Assembly: GCA_032718475.1 (NCBI GenBank) | Contig: JAUCBJ010005712.1 | Coordinates: forward strand, 81,059 to 145,058 | Source of the DNA: Nemertoderma westbladi | Taxonomy: Eukaryota > Animalia > Xenacoelomorpha | DNA length: 64,000 bases | Direction of reading: 5' to 3' | Shown here: in pieces, positions 48,701 through 59,729 of the stretch | How the letters are laid out: every line of letters begins with the position of its first letter | Numbering within the stretch: the stretch's first letter is position 1 | Translations under genes and position numbers: made by a program | The notes under the pieces: generated by a model | The model's database searches: none | The model's input: only the letters and a program-made list of their open reading frames with translations | Told to the model about the DNA's origin: nothing

Positions 48701-51700
48701 TATTAGGCAACCTTTACCACGCTTAGTGATAGCGAGAACAGTAGCTATTAAGTAACCTTTACCACGCTTAGTGATAGCGACAACAGTAGGTATTAGGCAA
48801 CCTTTACCACGATTAGTTATAGCGACAACAGTAGCTATTAGGCAACCTTTACCACGCTTAGAGATAGCGACAACAGTAGGTATTAGGCAACCTTTACCAC
48901 GCTTAGATATAGCGACAACAGTAGCTATTAGGCAACCTTTACCACGCTTAGTGATAGCGAGAACAGTAGGTATTAGGCAACCTTTACCACACTTAGTTAT
49001 AGCGACAACAGTAGCTATTAGGCAACCTTTACCACGCTTAGGGATAGCGACAACAGTAGGTATTAAGCAACCTTTACCACGCTTAGTTATAGCGACAACA
49101 GTAGCTATTAGGCAACCTTTACCACGCTTAGAGATAGCGACAACAGTAGGTATTAGGCAACCTTTACCACGCTTAGTGATAGCGACAACAGTAGCTATTA
49201 GGCAACCTTTACCACGCTTAGAGATAGCGACAACAGTAGGTATTAGGCAACCTTTACCACGCTTAGAGATAGCGACAACAGTAGGTATTAGGCAACCTTT
49301 ACCACGCTTAGGGATAGCGAGAACAGTAGGTATTAGGCAACCTTTACCACACTTAGTGATAGCGACAACAGTAGGTATTAGGCAACCTTTACCACGCGTA
49401 GCGACAACAGTAGGTATTAGGCAACCTTTACCACACTTAGTGATAGCGAGAACAGTAGGTATTAGGCAACCTTTACCACACTTAGTGATAGCGACAACAG
49501 TAGGTATTAGGCAACCTTTACCACACTTAGTGATAGCGACAACAGTAGGTATTAGGCAACCTTTACCACGCGTAGCGACAACAGTAGTTATTAGGCAACC
49601 TTTACCACGCGTAGCGACAACAGTAGGTATTAGGCAACCTTTACCACGCGTAGCGACAACAGTAGGTATTAGGCAACCTTTACCACACTTAGTGATAGCG
49701 AGAACAGTAGGTATTAGGCAACCTTTACCACACTTAATGATAGCGACAACAGTAGGTATTAGGCAACCTTTACCACGCGTAGCGACAACAGTAGGTATTA
49801 GGCAACCTTTACCACACTTAGTGATAGCGAGAACAGTAGGTATTAGGCAACCTTTACCACGCTTAGTGATAGCGAGAACAGTAGGTATTAGGCAACCTTT
49901 ACCACGCTTAGTGATAGCGACAACAGTAGGTATTAGGCAACCTTTACCACGCTTAGTGATAGCGACAACAGTAGGTATTAGGCAACCTTTACCAACTTAG
50001 TGATAGCGACAACAGTAGGTATTAGGCAACCTTTACCACGCTTAGTGATAGCGAGAACAGTAGGTATTAGGCAACCTTTACCACGCTTAGTGATAGCGAG
50101 AACAGTAGGTATTAGGCAACCTTTACCACGCTTAGTGATAGCGACAACAGTAGGTATTAGGCAACCTTTACCACGCTTAGTGATAGCGAGAACAGTAGGT
50201 ATTAGGCAACCTTTACCACGCTTAGAGATAGCGACAACAGTAGGTATTAGGCAACCTTTACCACGCTTAGTGATAGCGAGAACAGTAGCTATTAGGTAAC
50301 CTTTACCACACTTAGTGATAGCGAGAACAGTAGGTATTAGGCAACCTTTACCACGCTTAGTGATAGCGAGAACAGTAGCTATTAGGTAACCTTTACCACG
50401 CTTAGGGATAGCGACAACAGTAGGTATTAGGCAACCTTTACCACGCTTAGTGATAGCGACAACAGTAGGTATTAGGCAACCTTTACCACACTTAGAGATA
50501 GCGACAACAGTAGGCATTAGGCAACCTTTACCACGCTTAGAGATAGCGACAACAGTAGGTATTAGGTAACCTTTACCACGCTTAGTGATATCGAGAACAG
50601 TAGCTATTAGGTAACCTTTACCACGCTTAGGGATAGCGACAACAGTAGGTATTAGGCAACCTTTACCACGCTTAGTGATAGCGAGAACAGTAGGTATTAG
50701 GCAACCTTTACCACGCTTAGTGATAGCGAGAACAGTAGCTATTAGGTAACCTTTACCACGCTTAGGGATAGCGACAACAGTAGGTATTAGGCAACCTTTA
50801 CCACGCTTAGTGATAGCGACAACAGCAGGTATTAGGCAACCTTTACCACGCTTAGAGATAGCGACAACAGTAGGTATTAGGCAACCTTTACCACGCTTAG
50901 GGATAGCGACAACAGTAGGTATTAGGCAACCTTTACCACACTTAGTGATAGCGACAACAGTAGGTATTAGGCAACCTTTACCACACTTAGGGATAGCGAG
51001 AACAGTAGGTATTAGGCAACCTTTACCACACTTAGAGATAGCGACAACAGTAGGAATTAGCAACCTTTACCACGCTTAGTGATAGCGACAACAGTAGGTA
51101 TTAGGCAAACTTTACCACGCTTAGAGATAGCGACAACAGTAGGTATTAGGCAACCTTTACCACGCTTAGTGATAGCGAGAACAGTAGCTATTAAGTAACC
51201 TTTACCACGCTTAGTGATAGCGACAACAGTAGGTATTAGGCAACCTTTACCACGATTAGGGATAGCGACAACAGTAGGTATTAGGCAACCTTTACCACAC
51301 TTAGTGATAGCGACAACAGTAGGTATTAGGCAACCTTTACCACACTTAGTGATAGCGACAACAGTAGGTATTAGGCAACCTTTACCACGCGTAGCGACAA
51401 CAGTAGGTATTAGGCAACCTTTACCACGCTTAGTTATAGCGACAACAGTAGCTACTAGGCAACCTTTACCACGCTTAGGGATAGCGACAACAGTAGGTAT
51501 TAGGCAACCTTTACCACACTTAGTGATAGCGACAACAGTAGGTATTAGGCAACCTTTACCACACTTAGAGATAGCGACAACAGTAGCTATTAGGCAACCT
51601 TTACCACACTTAGTGATAGCGACAACAGTAGGTATTAGGCAACCTTTACCACACTTAGAGATAGCGACAACAGTAGGTATTAGGCAACCTTTACCACGCT

Positions 51701-53630
51701 TAGTGATAGCGAGAACAGTAGGTATTAGGCAACCTTTACCACGCTTAGTGATAGCGAGAACAGTAGCTATTAGGTAACCTTTACCACGCTTAGGGATAGC
51801 GACAACAGTAGGTATTAGGCAACCTTTACCACGCTTAGTGATAGCGACAACAGTAGGTATTAGGCAACCTTTACCACGCTTAGAGATAGCGACAACAGTA
51901 GGTATTAGGCAACCTTTACCACGCTTAGTGATAGCGAGAACAGTAGGTATTAGGCAACCTTTACCACGCTTAGTGATAGCGAGAACAGTAGCTATTAGGT
52001 AACCTTTACCACGCTTAGGGATAGCGACAACAGTAGGTATTAGGCAACCTTTACCACGCTTAGTGATAGCGACAACAGTAGGTATTAGGCAACCTTTACC
52101 ACACTTAGAGATAGCGACAACAGTAGGTATTAGGCAACCTTTACCACGCTTAGAGATAGCGACAACAGTAGGTATTAGGTAACCTTTACCACGCTTAGTG
52201 ATATCGAGAACAGTAGCTATTAGGTAACCTTTACCACGCTTAGGGATAGCGACAACAGTAGGTATTAGGCAACCTTTACCACGCTTAGTGATAGCGAGAA
52301 CAGTAGGTATTAGGCAACCTTTACCACGCTTAGTGATAGCGAGAACAGTAGCTATTAGGTAACCTTTACCACGCTTAGGGATAGCGACAACAGTAGGTAT
52401 TAGGCAACCTTTACCACGCTTAGTGATAGCGACAACAGCAGGTATTAGGCAACCTTTACCACGCTTAGAGATAGCGACAACAGTAGGTATTAGGCAACCT
52501 TTACCACGCTTAGGGATAGCGACAACAGTAGGTATTAGGCAACCTTTACCACACTTAGTGATAGCGACAACAGTAGGTATTAGGCAACCTTTACCACACT
52601 TAGGGATAGCGAGAACAGTAGGTATTAGGCAACCTTTACCACACTTAGAGATAGCGACAACAGTAGGAATTAGCAACCTTTACCACGCTTAGTGATAGCG
52701 ACAACAGTAGGTATTAGGCAAACTTTACCACGCTTAGAGATAGCGACAACAGTAGGTATTAGGCAACCTTTACCACGCTTAGTGATAGCGAGAACAGTAG
52801 CTATTAAGTAACCTTTACCACGCTTAGTGATAGCGACAACAGTAGGTATTAGGCAACCTTTACCACGATTAGGGATAGCGACAACAGTAGGTATTAGGCA
52901 ACCTTTACCACACTTAGTGATAGCGACAACAGTAGGTATTAGGCAACCTTTACCACACTTAGTGATAGCGACAACAGTAGGTATTAGGCAACCTTTACCA
53001 CGCGTAGCGACAACAGTAGGTATTAGGCAACCTTTACCACGCTTAGTTATAGCGACAACAGTAGCTACTAGGCAACCTTTACCACGCTTAGGGATAGCGA
53101 CAACAGTAGGTATTAGGCAACCTTTACCACACTTAGTGATAGCGACAACAGTAGGTATTAGGCAACCTTTACCACACTTAGAGATAGCGACAACAGTAGC
53201 TATTAGGCAACCTTTACCACACTTAGTGATAGCGACAACAGTAGGTATTAGGCAACCTTTACCACACTTAGAGATAGCGACAACAGTAGGTATTAGGCAA
53301 CCTTTACCACGCTTAGATATAGCGACAACAGTAGCTATTAGGCAACCTTTACCACACTTAGTGATAGCGACAACAGTAGGTATTAGGCAACCTTTACCAC
53401 ACTTAGTGATAGCGACAACAGTAGGTATTAGGCAACCTTTACCACGCGTAGCGACAACAGTAGGTATTAGGCAACCTTTACCACACTTAGTGATAGCGAC
53501 AATAGTAGGTATTAGGCAACCTTTACCACACTTAGTGATAGCGACAACAGTAGGTATTAGGCAACCTTTACCACGCGTAGCGACAACAGTAGGTATTAGG
53601 CAACCTTTACCACACTTAGAGATAGCGACA
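45757..53630. repeat. 45-bp minisatellite AGTAGGTATTAGGCAACCTTTACCACGCTTAGTGATAGCGACAAC (39-bp deletion variants), about 175-180 units, with ~2.4-kb and ~1.6-kb higher-order duplications
   Basis: Seen directly. Matching ORF break points in the supplied track recur at offsets of 2398 (47602/50000), 2443 (48620/51063) and 1613 (51063/52676). Confidence 0.98.
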
Positions 53631-54047
53631 GGTATTAAGCTTATTTGACTGTTTATGCGATGATATTATCCTGGTTGAGCTTTCCCTTTTTCTTAATCAT
53701 TGGTTCTTTGGCTCTAAAGATCTTCCCTACACAAGTTCAGTGATTATATCCATCCTAATTTAAGATGATGACGCATTGCAACCTACTTACCGAGTAATGG
53801 AATCTGTTTGATTGCTAATGTACTGATACTGACAAGCAAACCACCACCACGCCACCGTCTGCTTCATAGTTTCGCTCCAATGCATTTACTTTTGTTGAGT
53901 TTATATAATGCTGTTGTTAGTTGGTCGGTAGGTCAAGGGTTTGGTTTTTATATTCGCCCGATGAAGCTGCGGGAGGGCAAGGATTAAGGTTTGGTAAGAC
54001 CTTGTTCAGCATGAGGGTGGTGTGGGGGAATGTGGTTGTTGTGGGAA

Positions 54048-54066
54048 GGGGGGGGGGGGGGGGGGG
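54048..54066 (+). repeat. Poly-G tract (19 G) at the end of a G-rich stretch; G-quadruplex-capable
   Basis: Seen directly; preceded by gggtggtgtgggggaatgtggttgttgtggg. Confidence 0.85.
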
Positions 54067-55040
54067 TCGCTACGAATAGCGGCTGGTTTACAGATCAAGT
54101 TTATTTTATTACATCAACAAATAACAATTTAATCAAACATATGAGAAATGAAATCATATTACATTATAATGTTAACAACAATACTAACCACAATCGCTAC
54201 CAAAATCTAACACGAATTCAACAAATAATATACAACGTGTGTCTGATAGAATTCAAAATCAGAATAACATTTTTTTTACACAGTTAATTTATAATTAGAT
54301 ATAAAATATATTTAGGAAATCGATATTTAGGAAATCAAATAATATATATTCACTTGTTTTACTTTCGATATTCTGTACTTGTCGTGTATTGAGTTATTTA
54401 AGATTACAATACAACCCGGTTTAAAAAAACCAACGTAGCAAAGTAATAAAGTGTTCAAGCTATCAATTAAAAGTAATCCAATATCGTGAAGTTCTTCTTA
54501 CGATATGAAGAATGTAAAATATATTTCCAAATTAAAACATCTATATACTTCACAAATACAAATATTAAAACCATAAAAGTGCGACGTAGATAGCACAATT
54601 CCGTCTAAAGGAAACAGACGACCTGACCTGCCTCCAGCAACTGGACTGTTTCACGTGTGTTCCGAGTGTTCCGCGTAAATCCAACCCTCAAAGACAAAAA
54701 ATGACGATAATCGATAAATAAACGATGATAGACGATAGTTATTATTTTTGGATATTTATCGATGGCTGTCTGTCGACTCAGTGTCGAGACCACGCATGCC
54801 GAAAATAATTCTAGGCTATTGAATTCTTTTTATTCTCACTTTCACGAAGATACTTTAACATTAGCCATATTTGTCTTCATTAACTATATTGTTCGGAATT
54901 TCTTAGACATCTATAATTCATATGGGGCTGAATATCAACATGGTAACCACCAACAAAAAGGTAACAATGACAACATGAATTCATGAAGTGAGTTATTGAA
55001 TCCAGAAGCTATCTAACTCAATGGTATAACCCATACTGGT

Positions 55041-56033
55041 TTAATAACGATATCGTCCAAAATCAACCAGAGCAATAAGGGGTTGCTCAAACACCTGTAT
55101 CCGAATGCGAGAAAGTCTTCTGCGATATGACTTATGCAGATAAATGTAGATGATAGGGTTAACGATGGTATCTGTGTAGCTAAAGAAGGTGGCGGTGGAG
55201 CTGAAATACCTAGCAAACGACACAATGTCAGCAGGTTCCGCTATAGATATCATAAGCTGAAAGCTCCAAAAAGGTAAGAAACTTAACAAAAAAACAATAA
55301 CCACAAATAATACCAATTTCGTCATTCGAATTGTGGCCCTCTTATTGGTTTCAAACCTGTTGCGTTCTGTTTCTGATAGTTGCTGTTGGGTTGCGTTCTC
55401 TCTACCCGAACCCCATTGCAACAGAATAATAATTTTACCATAGAAAAATGAAATGGCAATTAATGGTAGAATATAAAAGACCGCGCAGAGAATGTAGTTA
55501 TATTTGCGATGAGAGAATGAGGACGGCCAATCAGATCCACAGAAGTACCCTCTATAACCTTCCACCATCGTAGTGTACAGGAACATAGGCAGAGCCCACA
55601 GAAAACCTGCCACCCAAACGCCGCCACACAGAGCGTAGGTTATCCACGTAGCCTTGTGGTTGAAATTTTTCACGAGCACGAAATACCGTTCACCACTAAT
55701 GATAACGCACATGTAGACCCCAGATAACATTGATAACACGTCCATACTGAAGATGAATCTACAACCGGTATCTCCGAAATACCATTGGCTGTAATAGAAG
55801 TTGGTGATTCCTAAGAAAGGGCATCCAATGATGTACATCAAATCAGCAAATGCGAGATTCAAAATAAACACATCGATGCCATATTGCAAACGTTTCGGTT
55901 TCGGTGTCGTTAGAATTAAAGATATTAATGTCAAAATGGCGAGAAAAGAAGTGAGAAATATTCCAAAATATAGAGTTCCTGCTACGTGGTAAAAAACGTA
56001 CGACTTTGAGGCAATGATAACGGATTCATTCAT
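55041..56033 (-). CDS. UTS2R-like: Single-exon class A (rhodopsin-like) peptide GPCR, 330 aa, urotensin-II receptor-like (somatostatin/MCH/urotensin receptor group)
   Basis: Seven hydrophobic segments. Motifs: TM2 ILNLAFADL, ECL1 WYFGDTGCR, TM3 Asp (SMDVLSM) and ERY, TM4 Trp, ECL2 Cys, TM5 YILP, TM6 FLLSFLPFWSFQL, TM7 NPIIY, and an N-terminal NES sequon. WxFGDxGCR...D...ERY and FLPFW..QL match my recollection of vertebrate UTS2R. An in-frame TGA lies just upstream of the ATG. Confidence 0.9.
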   Translation of the reverse strand: MNESVIIASKSYVFYHVAGTLYFGIFLTSFLAILTLISLILTTPKPKRLQYGIDVFILNLAFADLMYIIGCPFLGITNFYYSQWYFGDTGCRFIFSMDVLSMLSGVYMCVIISGERYFVLVKNFNHKATWITYALCGGVWVAGFLWALPMFLYTTMVEGYRGYFCGSDWPSSFSHRKYNYILCAVFYILPLIAISFFYGKIIILLQWGSGRENATQQQLSETERNRFETNKRATIRMTKLVLFVVIVFLLSFLPFWSFQLMISIAEPADIVSFARYFSSTATFFSYTDTIVNPIIYIYLHKSYRRRLSRIRIQVFEQPLIALVDFGRYRY

Positions 56034-56311
56034 AACGAATTTTCTTTTTATTCCGAGTCACATAATATCAGTGTTCAGTGGTTAAATGTCAAAATGTTGA
56101 GATTTCTTGAGGTTAATAATTATATGGGATGTAGCGTTTACACCCTAATTATATTGGTGAAATCGGTTGTATCATTTTGCCAAACCGAACACTATGAGCG
56201 AGAACATCCTCACTTTACAACACAGTTTATGTAAAAAAAATCATCACGTAATGTAGGATAGAAATCACGCAAATCTACGGAGCCCGGGAAGGGACATGAA
56301 AAAATATTTTT

Positions 56312-56400
56312 CTAACACGAGCCCTCATGTTAGTAACACGAGCCCTCGTGTTAGCTAACACAAGCCCTAGTGTTAGCTAACACGAGCCCTCATGATAGCT
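56312..56400. repeat. Four tandem ~22-bp palindromic subterminal repeats, CTAACACGAG-CC-CTCGTGTTAG (one copy at the right end, ~59215-59235)
   Basis: Seen directly. The 10-bp arms of the consensus are reverse complements; individual copies carry 1-2 mismatches. Likely transposase-binding sites (inference). Confidence 0.85.
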
Positions 56401-56984
56401 CTAACGACCATTTACGTTAATATTACAAATTTGGAGTTGTTTGATTGGTTGTAGTAACATAGGAGAACTAAATTGGAGGGAAATTAAAATTGTATCTCAA
56501 TGGTTCTTACGTTACTGTTCAGTATACTGGTATAGGCCTATTATATATTTCGCGTCTCGTAACGGCTGCAGGTATACTGACTTGAATATGAATAACGAAC
56601 TGGAAACCTTAATGAGAGAACGATTCATTGGACGAGTTATTATGTTTACGACATAATTGGCATATTATTGACATATTACGACAAATTAGGTTTACTTTGG
56701 AACATATCAATGACTACGATTGGCGATCTCAAATCAATGCTGTATGTATCAATAACATATAGGCCTATAACTATATACTATTATGGCGGCCTATATGGAT
56801 TAGTTGTGAAACTTAATTGCTGAATAATTACAATTATCTAAAATTAATGTAACTTAATCAATCTCTTTCACTTTCTTAATTTCTTCTTTCTTAATTAATA
56901 AATAAATTATAAATATTGCCCGCTATAATGAATTATTATCTTTAAGAAAGTGTTTGAAAAATTGTATGAGAGGATTAGTAATAA

Positions 56985-57093
56985 TTATTATTATATTAAA
57001 CATATCTTTATTAATAATTATTATTAAATTAAACATATCTTTATTAATAATAATTATTAAATTAAACATATCTTTATTAATAATAATTATTAA
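56985..57093. repeat. AT-rich 33-bp tandem repeat (ATTAAACATATCTTTATTAATAATAATTATTAA) x3, in the intron upstream of the HECT exon
   Basis: Seen directly; produces the IIIINKDMFNL x3 repeat in the ORF track. Confidence 0.85.
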
Positions 57094-57119
57094 AGGAAAA
57101 TATATTTTCTTGCTTTTAG

Positions 57120-57401
57120 CCGGCATTGACGTACCCGGATTTCCAGGAGAACGAATTTATTTGAAGAATTTATTACAGTTTATTACTGGCTCAGATAGTG
57201 TCCCGGCTCTCGGATTCGAGGAGCAACCTTTGGTGTTGTTCGAGCACCCTGACGATGAAGTTGATCCGGTTAACCAAGGAATCCCTAAGGTGAACGACCT
57301 GCGGGAAGCAAATCTGCTTACCTGTTATGGACAGTTACGAAATATTCAAGGAGCGCATGACACTATGTGTTCACATGTTGTCAACATTTTCCACGGAATA
57401 A
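57120..57401 (+). pseudogene. Terminal exon of a HECT-type E3 ubiquitin ligase (G2E3-like C-lobe) with a +1 frameshift at ~57296, inside the transposon
   Basis: Splice acceptor ttttcttgcttttAG ends at 57119. Frame A reads LKNLLQFITGSDSVPALGFEEQPLVLFEH...IPKVN. Removing G57296 gives TCGKQICLPVMDSYEIFKERMTLCVHMLSTFSTE-stop (TAA 57399-57401, overlapped by AATAAA). FITG..VP.LGF, the P..NTC catalytic Cys, LP and the Phe four residues from the C-terminus are HECT C-lobe hallmarks. Confidence 0.85.
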
Positions 57402-57426
57402 ATGAATGAAATAACAACTAAACTTA

Positions 57427-59122
57427 CTACCGTTAGTAGGCAGTACAGTACAGTAGGTAGTACCGTTAGTAGGCAGTACAGTACAGTAGGTAGTACCGTT
57501 AGTAGGCAGTACAGTACAGTAGGTAGTACCGTTAGTAGGCAGTACAGTACAGTAGGTAGTACCGTTAGTAGGCCGTACAGTACAGTAGGTAGTACCGTTA
57601 GTAGGCAGTACAGTACAGTAGGTAGTACTGTTAGTAGGCAGTACAGTACAGTAGGTAGTACCGTTAGTAGGCAATACAGTACAGTAGGTAGTACCGTTAG
57701 TAGGCAGTACAGTACAGTAGGTAGTACCGTTAGTAGGCAGTACAGTACAGTAGGTAGTACTGTTAGTAGGCAGTACAGTACAGTAGGTAGTACCGTTAGT
57801 AGGCCGTACAGTACAGTAGGTAGTACCGTTAGTAGGCCGTACAGTACAGTAGGTAGTACCGTTAGTAGGCAGTACAGTACAGTAGGTAGTACCGTTAGTA
57901 GGCCGTACAGTACAGTAGGTAGTACCGTTAGTAGGCAGTACAGTACAGTAGGTAGTACCGTTAGTAGGCAGTACAGTACAGTAGGTATAGTAACGTTAGT
58001 AGGCCGTACAGTACAGTAGGTAGTACCGTTAGTAGGCCGTACAGTACAGTAGGTAGTACCGTTAGTAGGCCGTACAGTACAGTAGGTAGTACCGTTAGTA
58101 GGCAGTACAGTACAGTAGGTAGTACCGTTAGTAGACCGTACAGTACAGTAGGTATAGTACCGTTAGTAGGCCGTACAGTACAGTAGGTAGTACCGTTAGT
58201 AGGCCGTACAGTACAGTAGGTAGTACCGTTAGTAGGCAGTACAGTACAGTAGGTAGTACCATTAGTAGGCAGTACAGTACAGTAGGTAGTACTGTTAGTA
58301 GGCAGTACAGTACAGTAGGTAGTACCGTTAGTAGGCAGTACAGTACAGTAGGTAGTACCGTTAGTAGGCAGTACAGTACAGTAGGTAGTACCGTTAGTAG
58401 GCAATACACTACAGTAGGTAGTACCGTTAGTAGGCAATACACTACAGTAGGTAGTACCGTTAGTAGGCAGTACAGTACAGTAGGTAGTACCGTTTGTAGG
58501 CAGTACAGTACAGTAGGTAGTACCGTTAGTAGGCAGTACAGTACAGTAGGTAGTACCGTTAGTAGGCAGTACAGTACAGTAGGTAGTACCGTTAGTAGGC
58601 AGTACAGTACAGTAGGTAGTACCGTTAGTAGGCAGTACAGTACAGTAGGTAGTACCGTTAGTAGGCAGTACAGTACAGTAGGTAGTACCGTTTGTAGGCA
58701 GTACAGTACAGTAGGTAGTACCGTTAGTAGGCAATACACTACAGTAGGTAGTACCGTTAGTAGGCAGTACAGTACAGTAGGTAGTACCGTTAGTAGGCAA
58801 TACACTACAGTAGGTAGTACCGTTAGTAGGCAGTACAGTACAGTAGGTAGTACCGTTTGTAGGCAGTACAGTACAGTAGGTAGTACCGTTAGTAGGCAGT
58901 ACAGTACAGTAGGTAGTACCGTTAGTAGGCAGTACAGTACAGTAGGTAGTACCGTTAGTAGGCAGTACAGTACAGTAGGTAGTACCGTTAGTAGGCAGTA
59001 CAGTACAGTAGGTAGTACCGTTAGTAGGCAGTACAGTACAGTAGGTAGTACCGTTAGTAGGCAGTACAGTACAGTAGGTAGTACCGTTAGTAGGCAGTAC
59101 AGTACAGTAGGTAGTACCGTTA
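57427..59122. repeat. 33-bp minisatellite AGTACCGTTAGTAGGCAGTACAGTACAGTAGGT, ~51 units, internal to the TIR element
   Basis: Seen directly; two 35-bp (+TA) variants near 57985 and 58152. Confidence 0.97.
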
Positions 59123-59729
59123 GGCCTACATATAGATAAGATACACTTTGATACATATGACAATTGAGATACAATTTTAATTTCCCTCCAATTTAGTTAA
59201 ATTTCCCTCCAATTTAACACGAGGGCTCGTGTTAGAAAAATATTTTTTTCATGTCCCTTCCCGGGCTCCGTACAAATCGCCGCAAATTATGGTTTAAGAA
59301 GACAGCGTAAAAACTTTGACTCCCAAAAAGTTACCTTAAAACATAATATCACAACTGCGATGAAATAAAATCGCTAACGGATTATTATTTATATAGGGTA
59401 AATTATTATAGGATGGCGAATCGCATGGATGTGTTGAGTATAGAAATAATACGACGCTCTTATTGGATAATAAGATAAGAGGACAATGTGAGTAAATGAA
59501 GAATAAGTTACAAAATGCAACAGTTGAGTTACAGATAGTTGTGTTGGATATGTTAATTATTATAATATGCTGTAAAAGCAGCCTTGTAGATATATTATAT
59601 ATATATATTAATGAATACATTGTTACGTTTGGATTAGTAGCTCTTTAGGTGCTTTATACCCTGTATGAGTAAATGAGTATGGTCTATGGTGTATCAGGTA
59701 GGGGTACGGAAGCCTCTTAGCGACCAGGA

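Larger units (their letters stand above)
56276..59272. mobile_element. Complete non-autonomous TIR DNA transposon, 2997 bp, IS3EU-like (TACGG...CCGTA termini, 6-bp TSD)
   Basis: Left end TACGGAGCCCGGGAAGGGACATGAAAAAATATTTTTCTAACACGAGCCCTC (56276) is the reverse complement of the right end (59221-59272) apart from one A/T-run indel. The direct repeat CAAATC flanks both ends (56270-56275 and 59273-59278). A second 36-bp inverted block lies at 56466-56501 / 59163-59198. Superfamily assigned from recalled IS3EU hallmarks (TAY..RTA termini, 6-bp TSD). Confidence 0.92.

Noticed and set aside
45749-53648. ORFs of IATTVGIRQPLPRLV / LIPTVVAITKRGKGC repeats
   Set aside because: Translations of the 45-bp minisatellite on both strands, broken by frameshifts and stops that are copied with the higher-order repeats.
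53950-54010. Possible hammerhead ribozyme core (ccgatgaag) suggesting a Penelope-like element
   Set aside because: The core deviates from CTGATGA, and I could not find a properly placed GAAA or the supporting stems.
54030-55992. Short ORFs (62-85 aa) around and overlapping the GPCR
   Set aside because: No recognisable motifs; they are either alternative frames of the GPCR gene or chance ORFs in its AT-rich 3' region.
56954-57409. 151-aa ORF as listed in the track
   Set aside because: A chimera of intronic AT-rich repeat, the first part of the HECT exon, and an out-of-frame tail after the frameshift at ~57296.
57381-59174. ORFs with TNGTTYCTVLP / SRQYSTVGSTV repeats (mucin- or antifreeze-like look)
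   Set aside because: Translations of the 33-bp minisatellite, open in several frames on both strands and lying downstream of the HECT stop codon.
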